From Cetorhinus maximus (Eukaryota): 64,000 bases of DNA. Numbering within the stretch: position 1 is the stretch's first letter; each line of letters begins with the position of its first letter. The notes under the pieces were generated by a model, which saw only the letters and a program-made list of their open reading frames with translations, was not told the DNA's origin and searched no databases. The DNA is taken from contig NC_135900.1 in the NCBI RefSeq assembly GCF_964194155.1, forward strand, positions 71,238,001 to 71,302,000, given 5' to 3'. Shown piece by piece: positions 39,580-52,554 of the stretch. Position numbers and translations under genes: made by a program.

Positions 39580-40840
39580 TCTACCATCGCCATTTCTACC
39601 GATGTTTTAGCAAACTCCTCTTATCAATAAACACGAATATAAGTATTCATTAAGTTTTCTCGTCTTGCCCTGCACCTCTAAGCATACATCATCCTCTACT
39701 ACTTACATGCTAATGGAACATTTTCGGGTCCCGTTTTATGTTAACTGTCATTCTATTGTTATATTCTCTCTTTAGCAGTCTTATTTTCCTTCTACATCCC
39801 CTCTCAAATTATATTTGGTCTGGTTCTTACTTTAAGAATTCACCTGACATGCATCATAACCCTCTTCTTTTGATTCATCATATTCTCTATTTCCGTCACC
39901 ATTCAAGGAGACCTGGCTTTGATTCCCCTACCATTCCCCCTTGTTGGAACGTACCTAGCCTGCACCTGAAGCATCTCCTCCTTAAACTTTACCCATTGTT
40001 CCATTACAGTCTTTCCTGTCCACTTTTGGTTCCATTTTACCCCACTTCTCATCCCAATGAAATTAGCCCCCTTTCAATTTAGCCTATTTTGGATAGTTCC
40101 CTGCTCTTCACATTACAAAGTTTAGATTGGTGATACAGATGATCACTCTTACCCAAGTGTTCTCCCACTGACACTTGTTCCACTTGGCCCACTTCATTTC
40201 CCAGCACCAGATTCAGTGCCTTCTTTCCTGTAGGGCCATGAATATGCTAGTCAAGGAAGTTCTCCCAACGCATTTAAGAAATTACTCCCCGTCCTTATCC
40301 TTTACTCTAGCACTACCCAATCGATATTTGGGCAAGTAAGTCTCCCAATATCAGCACTCTAGTTCTTGTACATCTGTGATTGCATGCAGATTTGCTCCTC
40401 TACCTCTCTCGCACTACTTGGAGATTTATCCCCAGTAGCATAATCACATTCTTGCTTCTCAACTCCAACAAAGAGATTCTAACTTTGCCTCCTCAAGGAC
40501 ATCCTCCCTTTCCAAGACAACAATGTCTTTCCTAATCAGTACTGCCATCCAACTTCCCTTTTCACCTTCCCTATCTTTTCTGAACACTTCATATCCTTGA
40601 ATATTAAGTTCCCCATCCTGAGCATTTGTAAGCCAGGTTTCCATTATTGCCACCACATCATATTCCCACATAGCTATTTGTGCTTGCGGCTCGTCAATCT
40701 TTTTCACTAGATACTGTGCATTTACATACATGCAGTATAAACTTTTGTATTCCTCACAGTCCTTCTTAGTCCTCTCCCTTCTTTCGTACCATCCAACACT
40801 CACTTTATGCAGCTTATTTCCCTTTTCTACTTCCATGTGC
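39580..40840 (-). mobile_element. Decayed CR1 endonuclease-region fragment
   Basis: CMYVNAQYL...YDVVAIMETWL...NIQGYEVFRKDRE. Confidence 0.82.
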
Positions 40841-40962
40841 TGATGCAGAGAATTGTTATTGAAGTTCACTAAACAGTGTACAATGTTGTTCAAACAATGG
40901 ACCTGAACTCTAAACTCAAATTGCTCCATCCAATTCCTGGGCTCTAGATATGTTGTGGCTAC

Positions 40963-41054
40963 CTGAAGTTCCACATGCCGTTCGAAATGTTGACTCAGTA
41001 CATCCTTAATTGATCGGACCACATCCTGCGGTGTCGTCACCTTGCTAGAGAGCA
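40963..41054 (-). CDS. KIAA1549: KIAA1549 next coding exon (92 bp): VLSSKVTTPQDVVRSIKDVLSQHFERHVELQ
   Basis: Acceptor gttttcttctgcag|TG and donor CAG|gtagcc. Phase 1 in matches the upstream exon, phase 0 out. Peptide resembles recalled human VLARRAVQEYIITAIKEVLRIHFNRAVELK. Confidence 0.88.
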
Positions 41055-41859
41055 CTGCAGAAGAAAACATATGCATTAAGTATCCTTCCACTTATGAACA
41101 TTCTGTATTTCCACCTGAGATATTACATAACAAGAGATTGGGCTGATAATCTTTTCCTTAAATCAACAACCCACAAGCAAGAGTTAGAAAACTAATCCTT
41201 AAGACAAACAATGACAATAATTCCACAGAATGGAGGCTAGCATGAAATTAGGGAGGAGACAAAATATAAATAAATGCATAAATTATTTGACATAGCAGGG
41301 TGGCAATGTGCTGTTAATAAAAATTGACACCTGCAGTATTTCCACAGGAAATTGCCCAAATACCCGATTATTAATTTATCTGAAATGATCAACATGAGCT
41401 AAAAACAGAATTTTTATACATATAGTTTAAAGCTGGATATTTCTCTCAAATATGACCCTAGTGCTTCAGTTAAACATTTCTGACAATGATACAGCAATGT
41501 TAAAGATGTAACCTGATTGGGTCTCATTTCCTCCTCTGAAATCTTTGAAATCTGCCCACATCATCACATTAAATGTATTTCAACTCACAGATTATCACTA
41601 AAACTAGCTTCAAGAACTTCGAACTTTGTAACCTGCAGTTAAATAACGCCCCTACCTGGAGGAAGTATCTTTCACACAAGTTACATACTTATCAGGAAGG
41701 TCACTCTATTCATCTAAGTTTTCCCACCCAGAAAGAACCTAAGTCTGTCCACCAAAGCATCTAGTGGCTTCTTAAATGATCCAGTTGAGTTGCCCTTCCT
41801 TGTCATAGCAAATGGTTTAGCATGGAGTAGTGCTCTGAATTAATGATCTGCAGCACCTC

Positions 41860-42110
41860 CACTTGATAGCACTCTAGTTTCAACTTAGTCTACATGTAAC
41901 AAAAACCTTCTGAGTCAGACATGCCCCATTGCACTTACAGTCTAGGCTGACATGAAGTGCAGCACTAAAGGAACTGCATTGCTAGAAGTGCTATCGTTTG
42001 GTGAGACTTTGAACTGAAGTGCCATCTTCCTGTCCCAGTTATTTTCAGTGGACATTTAATATCCAAATGAACTTTTCAAAGCAGAGTTGGAGGTTTTCTT
42101 GATTATGACA
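41860..42110 (+). mobile_element. Degenerate DeuSINE-like fragment
   Basis: GTCTAGGCTGACA...GTGCAGCACTAAAGGAACTGCATTG...GAGAC resembles 24210-24300. Confidence 0.45.
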
Positions 42111-45100
42111 AAAACAGAGAATGTCCACCTTTGCAAGATTACTTATTAGATTCTTCTTTACTAGTCGCACACATGGTAATGATTAGATACTATGGGTGGA
42201 ATTGTCCCAAGCAAGAGAAGGCAGGTTTGGGTGCATATAGGGAGCTAAGTGATATTAGGTAGGGGTCCTGACATCATCCCAGGGTTTCACCTGGATAGAA
42301 TTGAAGATAAGCAGCAAGGTCCCCATACAGCTGTTGAATAAGTAATTTAGATATTCAAATAGATCATGAAACATGGTTTTAACCCTTAAATCTGGATTTA
42401 ACAGCCAGGGCTCCTGTTTCTAACCTGTCAACTCCCCAGGGTCACTGAGGCAAGTGCAAAGTAGGCAGAGGCTGCTCAGTGAAACTGACAAACTGGCAAG
42501 ACTTCCCAAGCTGGGAAGGTCCAGCCATGGCCAAGTCAGAGGCTGCTGTCATAGCACTTTGTCTCTCAGAGAGTGATATCATTGCTTGACAGGCGATGGC
42601 TAACTTCTTGAAAGTCACTTCACCTGTCCAGTATTTCACTCACCTTCAGCTACACTCCCCCCTCTGCATGCCTTGACTATGGCATGGGAACAGCTCCACC
42701 TTGCACCTCTGACAAAGAACAAAAGGAGCAACAACACTAATAGCATCAACAAGTTTCTCTCCAGCTACGTGCCCTTCCATAATGCAGAGGGGAATGAACA
42801 TAGAGCTCCAGCTAAAAGGCGGCAAAACCCCAACACAGAGTCTACAGGCAGAGAAGCAACTTTCCTGACATGTCTGAGCACCAGTGCCTCATGGCTGACA
42901 TCTGCAACCTCCCGTAACAAGACCACCTTCCCAGTGGAGCAACTGGATATGCACTGTCAGTGGCTGATAAGATCCCTGTTACTGCAGGCAAGTCCCCATG
43001 CTCTACCCCACCCCAACAGTCCAATCTCTGCCTCTCAACAGATTGCGTGGTCTCTTCTGCAAGGAGAGAAAGCAGATAGGTGAGAGTGTTCATAATGGTT
43101 TGTTGTCGTTTCTTCCTCCCCACACATTTTTGGAGCGTGACTGTAGCATGGGTGAGAGATGGCAATAGGCTGAGTGAGTTTTGGCTGCTCTGATGGAGAT
43201 ATGAGGTGCCAAGACAGGGAAGAATAAGTGGAGCAGCAAGGCATGTTGTCCTGAGGAATGCTGTGCAGAATGTTGGAAAAGTCAAGAGTGCTTGGCACCC
43301 AAAAGTGCTATGCCACTCATCTGTGATGTCCTCCTAGATCATCTTGGCGTACTGTCCCACTGTTGGAGGGACCACACTTATTCTGCTGGCTTCCTTTGCC
43401 ACTTCCACCTACAGCTACTTGGTTGGAGCTGCTGCCCTCTTTCTCCTGCCCTTGGGAGAGCTCATGGTATATATCAGCTGATTTTAGTTAACAGTCACTC
43501 TGACACCAGCAGAAATACCAAACTGGGAAGAGGGTGTATGGTAGTATTTCACCATGTTTGTTTATTTGTTGAACCTAAGATTTCATAGCCTGCCAGAATG
43601 TAAATTCTTCCACCTGGTGAACTCAGAAGATCACATTGCAATGTGATATATTCCAGCATTCAAGATTCCATTGATGAGGAATCATGTCCAACCCCCGAGT
43701 CTGGCTACCTTTTCCTAGATAATGAGCAGGTAAAGGCACACTCTGGTTCATTGTGGATGCAACAAGCTTTACACCAAATTCAAGCACATATCCAGTTCAA
43801 AAATCTATCACTCTCAGTTCTTCAAGGAAAGGATTCATCCCTTCCTTTCCAGTATGTACACTGATTTAAATGACTGGGATAGTCTACCTGCTAACTAGAG
43901 TGAGCACCACAAAGATTAATGTGTGCCCTACCTCTTTTTTAAAAAATAAATGTTTATGACATTATCCATTCCAGAAGCTGCTGCGTCAGAATGTGAAGAC
44001 CCTGCTGTTAGGTAGCTTTCCTGCCAAGGGAAACCTACCAATCATGAATATCAGCGAGGAGGCTCCAATCCACCAAGACAGGAGGCAGCCTAATTCCCCT
44101 AAACCTCAAGCCGAATAAGGTATACTTGTCCTGAATGTGATGAAAAATTCCACTTTACCAGGCCCACTACACATTCCACAAGCCCTCAGAAACTTAATAA
44201 AAATTGTGTGAAAGATTGTGCTTTCCTGGCTTGTTTTTGCATTACCTGATCTTTCATGAATCAAACCATCAGTGTACTTAGTCATTTTCTATCTGGCTGC
44301 AAAATGAACAGTATGAATAGACAGATGTACCAAAAAAATAACAGGAGTAGAAATTTAAGTGCTGTAATTTCTGTTTGTTTCTATAATGGTTTTCAGCTAA
44401 GTCACACGTCATTAACAAACATTCTGCTGAACAACATTTTCAAGTTGGTTTTTTTAAAAATTGCACAATTGAGACTCAAATAAAGTTATTACTTGGCCAT
44501 TTTGCATGGAGTTGCTTATGAATAGAATGAATGAGATTAGATGTGTGCCTAAACCAGAAGATGATAGAGATTAAGTGTGATTGCATGTATGTAATTTGAA
44601 TGGCAACAATAAAAATAATCAGATCGGGAGAAGAATCAGATCATGAGAGAAAGAGGAGCCAAGCGTAAATTAAATATGACATCTCTCCTGAACGTGCAGG
44701 CATAGGTGATCTAGAAATTTGGGTTCAGTCGCACATGAACAATTGGACCCAACTGCATTGTTATGGTAACAATAGCAGAGGGAAAGAAGTTAAGCTCCAG
44801 GGAAAAGAGGAAAATAAGCTCCATGTTCCTGAGAGACACAGCATCTGGAACAAAACAGATAGATGAGCAGTACAGAAGAAAACTATATAGCTATCTTTCA
44901 TTATTGAGTGCATTCTGACTTTCCATGGGTCAGTTATATTAGTAACATTACTTACATAGCTATACATCCAAGAGGATCAGAAATGAAAATACAACATTGC
45001 CAGGACCAAACTGAATGAAACAGCAGCTTCGAAATAGTTTCTTTTCTTTGTCAGTTCTTTATGGGTCCATATTTCAGTCAATAAATAGGCTAAATTGCTT

Positions 45101-45687
45101 ATTTGAACCAAAGACAACTCAGTGTATTGCACATTTCTATTTATGTTTAAATTGGTTCACTAATAGATAACTTGACAAAATTTCAATATTTACTGTTTAC
45201 TTCACTTAATCATGCAGATGTCTTAACTTTATTTCATTAAAGCTAAATAGAATCGCCTCCAAAAATCAGCTCATGGATCATGATCTGCGAATAACCCGCA
45301 CCTGTCGTTTTAAATACAGACAGCATGCCAGGTTTGCGCCTTCTAATTAGCATGATTTCTGCTAGCGCACTGTTCATTGGCTGCACACCTGAACAGGGGT
45401 TCCTAAAGTGCTGTGATCTCAACTATTTACAACCTATATTAACGACTCGGATGAAGAGCGTTGTAGCCAAACTTGCTGACAATATGACGGTAGGTAGGAA
45501 AACAAGTTGTGAGGATGCAAAGAGTTTGCAAAGGAATATAGATGGCGAGTGAACAAAAATTTGGCAGATGGAGTATAATGCCTACATTCAATGTCAAGAA
45601 GCATGGAGGAAGCCAGCACCAACTTGGAGCCCATTCTTTCTAGCATGGAAGCATGACAAACTCCATAAGCACATTTGTGGACTCAAC

Positions 45688-45757
45688 AATGATGCACCGT
45701 CGATGGCTGACTGACTCAGCTTAATGATGCACCATCGATGGCTGACTGACTCAGCTT
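45688..45757. repeat. 35-bp tandem duplication
   Basis: AATGATGCACC(G/A)TCGATGGCTGACTGACTCAGCTT occurs twice. Confidence 0.9.
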
Positions 45758-46469
45758 CCAGAAAATCTGAGTCAAAGACAAGCCTCAATGCTGCAATGGA
45801 AGCTCAGCGTGCTCTCATATAAATTGAGCTTGCTGCGTGCAAAGACAGCTGTTACCTTTGGCTGCAGGTACCAGTATTTAAAGGGGCTTTCAGGGTGTTG
45901 CAGCAGTCTAGCAATCTGTCCTCCAACAGATTACTAGGATTGTTGAGGCATCATTCTAGGGGATTGGTAATGGTTCCATGAAACACAAACCTGCTATCCT
46001 CTCTCAGGAAGACATCATTCATTCTCCCATCCCACCTGTGCCCTTGGTGCTCCCCATCAGTCAACCAACTAAACACTGCAGACTGCTGCTGCCTAGGCCA
46101 AAACGATGCAGTCTGAAGTCAGGCCTGCTAGGCCTAGAGTCACTAAAGGTCACCTGCAGTCTCCCCTACTGAAAGTGAGCAGCCTTTCATCAGCCACGCT
46201 GTAGTCACTGGAGTGGCATTCCATAGGACCAGCAGGATGGGTAAAAACACACGGAAGACAGGCACTAAGGGAATACACAAGGGCGATTAGTTTAATTATG
46301 TATGGAATATGGCACAGTCTGATTTATAAATGCTGTTTGCAATTTTGTGATGGCTTTTATTTTTGCATTGTGGCCAACAAGATGATGCATTGATCAGTAA
46401 CAATGACAGTAAGAAGTGTGGAACTGTTGGTGAATTAAGAATTGGGATTGCAGTTACTGGTAGGGTAGC

Positions 46470-47215
46470 CTTCCATCTCATAAAACAATGGTTTGCGCCA
46501 TGGTGGTCAACTTTGTGTTAATCACCACCAGGTGTGGCTCAGGAGTCCCACTCTGGCATGGCAGTCTCTGCCGCATTTATGCAGAGGAAGACAGTGGATT
46601 GAGATGGTGCAAGATTCGCTAGCCTCAGTTTTCTCTGGACCCTCTTCTTGGCCAGCTGAGCTTTTTGTTTCTGCTTACCTCTTCCAATGCCTTTCCAAAC
46701 GATTAACCTCCATAGTTCACAGCTCCTCTTAAGCTCTAAGCATCCATTGAAGCAGATGGAATGTGATGGGTCATCATCTTACTATTTGGGGGCTGCCCAA
46801 CTTGAGGTGGACAGTGGCTGACCAATGGGACACTCCCACTATCGGAGACAGCCCGTTCTCTACACCAATCAAGTTGGGCTTATCATCTGCAACTGCTGTC
46901 TCCTGTTTTGCGTTAACACTCTGCAGTGAAGCTGGAGTGTCCTCTCCAGGGCGCAAGTCTGGACAAAATTTATGGCGACTCTGGGCTGCCCAAACATCAG
47001 GATCCCCATCTCAATCTCCCTGGTTGTGTCCAAAAGAATGCAAACACTATGTTTGAATTGATTGTAGGAGTTGCTGGCATGACAACATATTTAGAGGCCT
47101 TTGGGCTTCACTCTAGATTATTTGTCAGGGTTTACTCCCTTAAGTCTTCAATTCACTCAAGATATTCACAGGACAGTGGAGCTTTTCGACCACAGCTGGG
47201 TATTTGATTCACGAG
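46470..47215 (-). mobile_element. RTE-clade LINE 3' fragment
   Basis: C-terminal zinc-finger remnant HKCGRDCHARVGLLSHT at about 46530-46585, with degenerate RTE C-terminal sequence upstream. Confidence 0.7.
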
Positions 47216-47399
47216 TGCCAGAGCATGTCCACATGCCGGTGGGCCTGCAGACTCCATGTCTGGGGGCCAAACCTCTTCAAGTTTCTGGTATTGCTCTCAA
47301 GTTAGTTCTTCACAGACAGCACAAGCAGAAAGGAATTTCCCAGGTTGCAGGCACCCTTCCTCCCCCTCCTTTCTTTGTTCCTCCTCAGCTACTAACCTG

Positions 47400-47795
47400 A
47401 CAGTTGGTGGCTAAGGCTGTCACCCTCTCATGATGGCAATGCAATGCAATATACCACCACAACTCTTAAGACACATTCAGTCGAGCAGTGCATGGCTCCT
47501 CCGGAACAGTCCAGGCAGTGGAACTGCTTTTTCAGCATGCCAATTGTCTTTTCTATCACATTTCTTGTGGCAGCACAACTCTCATGAAATACATGCTGCG
47601 ACCGTGTGTGTGGGCTGTGAACCAGAATCAGAAGCCACATCATCAGCGTATAACCCTTGTAGCCACCATTTGGTTTGTGTGGTGGCCGAAATGCACTTTG
47701 GCATAACAGGCTGCTGCAGAATTAAGGCATTGTGAATGTTGCCATGATAGCTGCCATTGACCTACATGATGCGCTTCCTGTGATCAAGCACCAGC
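47400..47795 (-). mobile_element. PIF/Harbinger (HARBI1-like) transposase remnant
   Basis: LVLDHRKRIM*VNGSYHG and AATRNVIEKTIGMLKKQFHCLDCSGGAMHCSTECVLRVVVVYC match the Harbinger DDE C-terminal consensus. Confidence 0.85.
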
Positions 47796-48323
47796 AAACC
47801 CTTGTGGAAGGCGTCTGAGAGAAAGCGTCAGTTTGGCAGAAGATTCCAAAGGGAGTTCTTTGAGAATGGAGATTGGAAATCCTCGTGTGAAAGACGGAGC
47901 TCAGTGAGACCAGTTGACTCACGGTGTGACAAGCGTCTGGGGGGAGTTGAGGAGAGATCTATAGTATCTGTTTGGGGTGGCATCTGTCACTTGGTTTTAT
48001 AGAGTGTGGTGTGCCTGACAACAGGTTTACATGGACTGTGTACTTACTGTGATCATGAGAGTATAAGATAACTTGTGTTATCCTCACAAATCTGTATATA
48101 TCAGTAAAGGTATAGTTGTGGGTGAAGGAATATTGTGATATAGTTCATTTTTTCTTGTTTAATAAATATTTTATTATTTTGTTAAAAGTTCATCAGCTGA
48201 CTCTTGTGACTGTTCAGTAGACACTTTCTACGTACCTAAACAAAAAATAAAAGTTAGGATCTATCAAGCCGGATTCCACCCTGGGATTTGCCTTGTCCAG
48301 TAGTATCAGCTGGGATCATAACA
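47796..48323 (+). mobile_element. LTR 3' fragment related to 5070-6058
   Basis: Ends GGGATTTG...GGATCATAACA, like the first LTR (GGGATTTG...GGTCATAACA). AATAAA at 48161. No 5' end or TSD found. Confidence 0.6.
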
Positions 48324-49337
48324 TAATTATTTTTGAAACTAGTTTAACTCATATTCCTTAAATTCAATATTATTTCTTTTACAAGAATAACATAGCACAT
48401 TAATAACCATCCACCTAATATTGTCTCTAGCTATTTTAATGAATTAAGAAAGCAATTTGTAGGGTCAAGTTTCACTGTGCAGGACACCATCAAATTCAAA
48501 AACAATGGAAGCATGAATATTTATGAGACAGATCCAAGTTTCTAGATATTAATTTCAGAAATTGAGGGACTGGTGCAAACAATGGAATTTTTAAGTGGAA
48601 TATTCTCAACAGCAATGGAAGGGTTTAAACAAAGACAGGATTTTCATTTCCAATTCCAGAGCTACAGAAGCATCGAAATATAATTGCATATTGCACCTGA
48701 AACTCCTTGATTTGATATGGAAGCTTATCTAATAGTCTATATAAGCTGACCTTATTCCAGCCTTTATGTAACAAACAATAATGACTTAATGTTAATGTGC
48801 ATTATATGAATTTTAGTCCAAAACATTATATTGTATGTAAAAACAAACACAACTGATATTCTTAAAATGTCACCATCCTGTAGAGAGTGCAACCAGTGAG
48901 CACAAGCCCTAAACTATGAAGCAGTGATCAAAGAAGCTAATTACAAACTGTGCTACAGAGAGTGACTTCTGACAAGTAGCCCATGTTTGGCCTTTTACTT
49001 ATTGAATTTATTGAAGTGGACAGAAAATTTCTAAAACCGAGGAGCTGAATTACAAAGCAGGCCTCAAGTCCAACAGGATCATTGCCAAGTTAGCCAGGTT
49101 ACTGTTTGTCAATAATCCAAAAGAACCTGAATTTTCCTCAAAGATATTTTTACCCATCACCCACTTGTTTATTGATGACTGTTATGCTTTCTTAGCAGTT
49201 TGATGCAAATCTATTATTGCAGTAATTCATAAATTATCCTTTATCACATGGATATAAATCTGAGTGGCACTGTTCCATATTAGTACTGAATTCAGTTTTG
49301 TGCATTCAAACCTGAAATATTGAACTGAAATACCTAC

Positions 49338-51701
49338 CTGCTGTCACGAGGTAAGAATCGGGTTCATTAACATCACACACAAAATTCTGAGCTGTTGCCA
49401 AAACTACTGTTCCAACAGTTGTGGGGGAAGTGGGTCTTGAAGCTGCACTGCTGGCAGGCATGGTTGTACCACTCCTGTTAGGGGTGGCTGTAAGATTGCT
49501 GATTTGGATTTTGGTGCTTGGTACAGTCAATATAGTCATAGGAGTTGGATCCGAAGAGTTTCGAATTGGAATTTTGGTGGTTGGTTCAGTAAACATTGTC
49601 ATAACCGTGGGATTTGAAAAGGTCCCGATTGGTGGAGGAGATGGCGTCAGCAAGAGTGAAGTTGCAATCCAAACTGTCTCTGTAGATGATGGAAAAACAT
49701 CTGGAAAAATATGTGGGGTTGAAATGGAAGAATATGGCAGATCAACAGTGGAGCTTGGAGTAATCACAGGATATGTGGTGCCAGCAACTGAGGAAGCTAA
49801 AAAACCTGAACTGATTAAAATGCTGCCATCTGAGAGTCTTGATTCAAAAATGGATGGCATTAACGTTGGTTGTATTGCTTCAAGTGAAGGCGACACTGAC
49901 TCGAAAGATGGTGTCATTTCTAAAATACTATTAGAACAGACACTGATGAAAGAAGATTCAAGAATTACTGCAAGATTTGTTTGATTAGCAGATGTTGCCA
50001 GTATATTCAATGTTGTGGGCTCTGGTTTTAGAAATGAAGATTCCAGAGTTAAAGTACTCAACAATTTCTCAAAAGTCATTGTCTCAAACATGGCAAAAGT
50101 TTTTAGTTGTGATTCAAATAAACTTAAGTATTCTGTCGCTGGGAAACTACTTGCTTCTGTTGACAAGACATTTATCAATGAAGAAACCAAAGCCAGAGGT
50201 GGTTCTAGGATGCTGGTCAGTTCGAGGGATTCACTTGCTAAGAAATCTGGTAAGCGTGTAGTCACTGGTGAAGGATAACTTGTATTTTCATTCAGAGATA
50301 AAGTTGGTTTCAAACGCTCACTAGTTATGACAAACGGCAAATACTCACTAGCTGTAGGTGCCAATGCTGGGGTTTCATCCATCAGCAATGAAGAACGAAC
50401 TGCGCTAATATCTAAATTATCCTCAAAAGATGAATACAATGATTGACTTGCGGGATTGGTAGTTGCTGGACTGATGGTGTAGTATGATGAGAATGTCAAT
50501 GATGGCACAGACAAAGCTGCTAATTTTGAAGAAACTGTTGGAACTGGCCTTGCTAGAAAGTGAGTGTCATAGACTTCAGATTCTAGCAGTTCTGATTCAA
50601 ATGAATCAAAGACCAAACTGGATGCCAGAATAAACCCAGCAGTGTTTGATAGACTGAGTGTTGTAATTTCTGGGTCATCGCCAGAGCCAAAATCATTATC
50701 AAATGATTGTGTGTGAAAAAAGCTAGATGGAGAAAATAAAGCGCTATGAGTAGAGAGGGATGTAAATAGATGAGTGGAAAGCACTGGCATATTAAACGCC
50801 GTCAGTATCACTCCATCAGTTACTGAATTACTATCAGATAGCAACAGTTTAGGTAAGTCAGATCTTGAACTTATTTTAGGAACAAGTTCTGGTGTTAAAG
50901 CATTACGGATCGACATTTCAACATGATCAACAGAAGATTCTCCAGTGATTTCAAACTTTTCTTTGATGCTTGAGGTCGGAGAGATCTCATTTTCTTCAGT
51001 AAGATCTTCCATATAATGAGGAAAGATGGTCTCTGTTCTATAAGATGTACTGTCAATGTAACTAAAGAGCACTGTTTCACTGTGCTCCATGGTGTCCAAA
51101 TCTGCCATTACTGTACTTATGGTAGGTTGCCATGCATACTGGTTACTGACTGCAACTGAAGAGAACAGTGGACTCACAGGTTCAGATGGCAGTTTGCTTG
51201 ATGCCAGAATAGGTATGTCCGACACTGTTAAAAGGGATAATGGATAAATCAAGATGGAACTTGAAAGTAGTACTGATGAGATGTGGAGTTCTGATGATTG
51301 CCTGGTGGCACTGCTACTCAGAAAACCAACTGGAATCACTGATGGTGTTGGTGCTATTGAATGCAGGGATGTTGTTGTTTGGTTCTCTTCAGTCACCATT
51401 ATAGCTAATTCCGACAAAGGAGTAACTTCTAGATTATGAATGGCTGAAGATTTGGGGTAATCACACAGCACAACCTTCCCTGACCGACTGAGGTCTTTTA
51501 TTTGTGTTATGGCCTCTTCAGAATTTAGGTGGATTCTTTCTTTCAAGTTCAAACTTGACTGCAAAGCAGATTCCATAGAGGTGCTGTTTATTAAGGTTCC
51601 CTCTTCTTGCTTCATTAAGGCAGTGTCCACTGTGTCATTTGGTCCCAAACTTTGCTCACGTATCGTGCCTGACAATAACGCATCATCAGAGACAGGTTCA
51701 T
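49338..51701 (-). CDS. KIAA1549: KIAA1549 (UPF0606) large coding exon, Ser/Thr/Pro-rich mucin-like ectodomain (probably exon 2)
   Basis: Lies in the only long stop-free ORF (49306-51777). Acceptor ttttctattctcttgcag|AT at 51701 and donor GCAG|gtaggt at 49338. Length is 2364 bp (788 codons), phase 1 to 1. Ends FVCDVNEPDSYLVTA, resembling recalled human KIAA1549 CDITVPDAYLITT. Confidence 0.9.
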
Positions 51702-52554
51702 CTGCAAGAGAATAGAAAACAATATTAAACATAGCTCTGCTGAATTTCAGAGCAATATGAAACATATCAATATACAAAACATATTGTGTGGATTTTGGAA
51801 TGATCTTGTTCTAATGCTGAAATTTGCAATCTGTCTTGGATAGTACAATGCAAACATTCATTTCCTCATTGCGCAGGGAGGGGAATGAAAACAAAAGCAT
51901 CAAGTAATGTAAAACATCAGTAAACACAGCAGTTCTTAAGTCACAAACACAAACTGAAGTAACTGAACAATTTTAAATTGTGCAAAGCTTTGTTTTGACA
52001 GTCCACCCAGAACCTTTCGATTTCAGGCAAGTTCTTTAGAGGGTAGCAATTGCAAAAATGCAGACCAACAGTTCAACAAAAAGATCCAAACATGATACAA
52101 AGATGATCCCAAGGGTCGCAATCAGGTTGCAGCTGGCTACGCTGTTTGGTACTGGCATCCAATAGTACTTGAGAAGCTCTCTCTTCTAATTAGGCTTTGA
52201 CGCATCCAATACCACTGATCTCAACTTATTAACTTTGCAGGATTGTCTCACTAAGTGTTCTTACTACCAGTAGCACAAGTTTCATAGTCTTCATTACCTT
52301 TGGCATTATAATGCAGCTGTTACACAAGAGAAACATTTGCAAAGACTAAGAGAAAATTTTCAATAATATTCCAGACAATTGATCAATGCTGAATAAACCC
52401 ACTTAGTGGGGTTTGTAGTAATTCAGTAGTCACCGAATTGAACAAGTTATAAAGACAATGAAAACAACAATGTGCATTCATATAGTGCCTTTAAAATAGT
52501 AACATGACCGAAGGCACTTCACAGGAATGTTATCAGAGTTTAACAATGAGCTAG

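Noticed and set aside
40459-41091. 210-aa ORF as a standalone gene
   Set aside because: It is a chimera of the 92-bp KIAA1549 exon, intron sequence and CR1 endonuclease remnant.
49421-51715. Plus-strand ORFs overlapping the large exon
   Set aside because: They are antisense shadows of low-complexity coding sequence with no recognisable motifs.
49306-51777. 823-aa ORF as a single-exon gene
   Set aside because: Both ends run past clear splice sites (51701 and 49338), and the sequence continues in phase into downstream exons.
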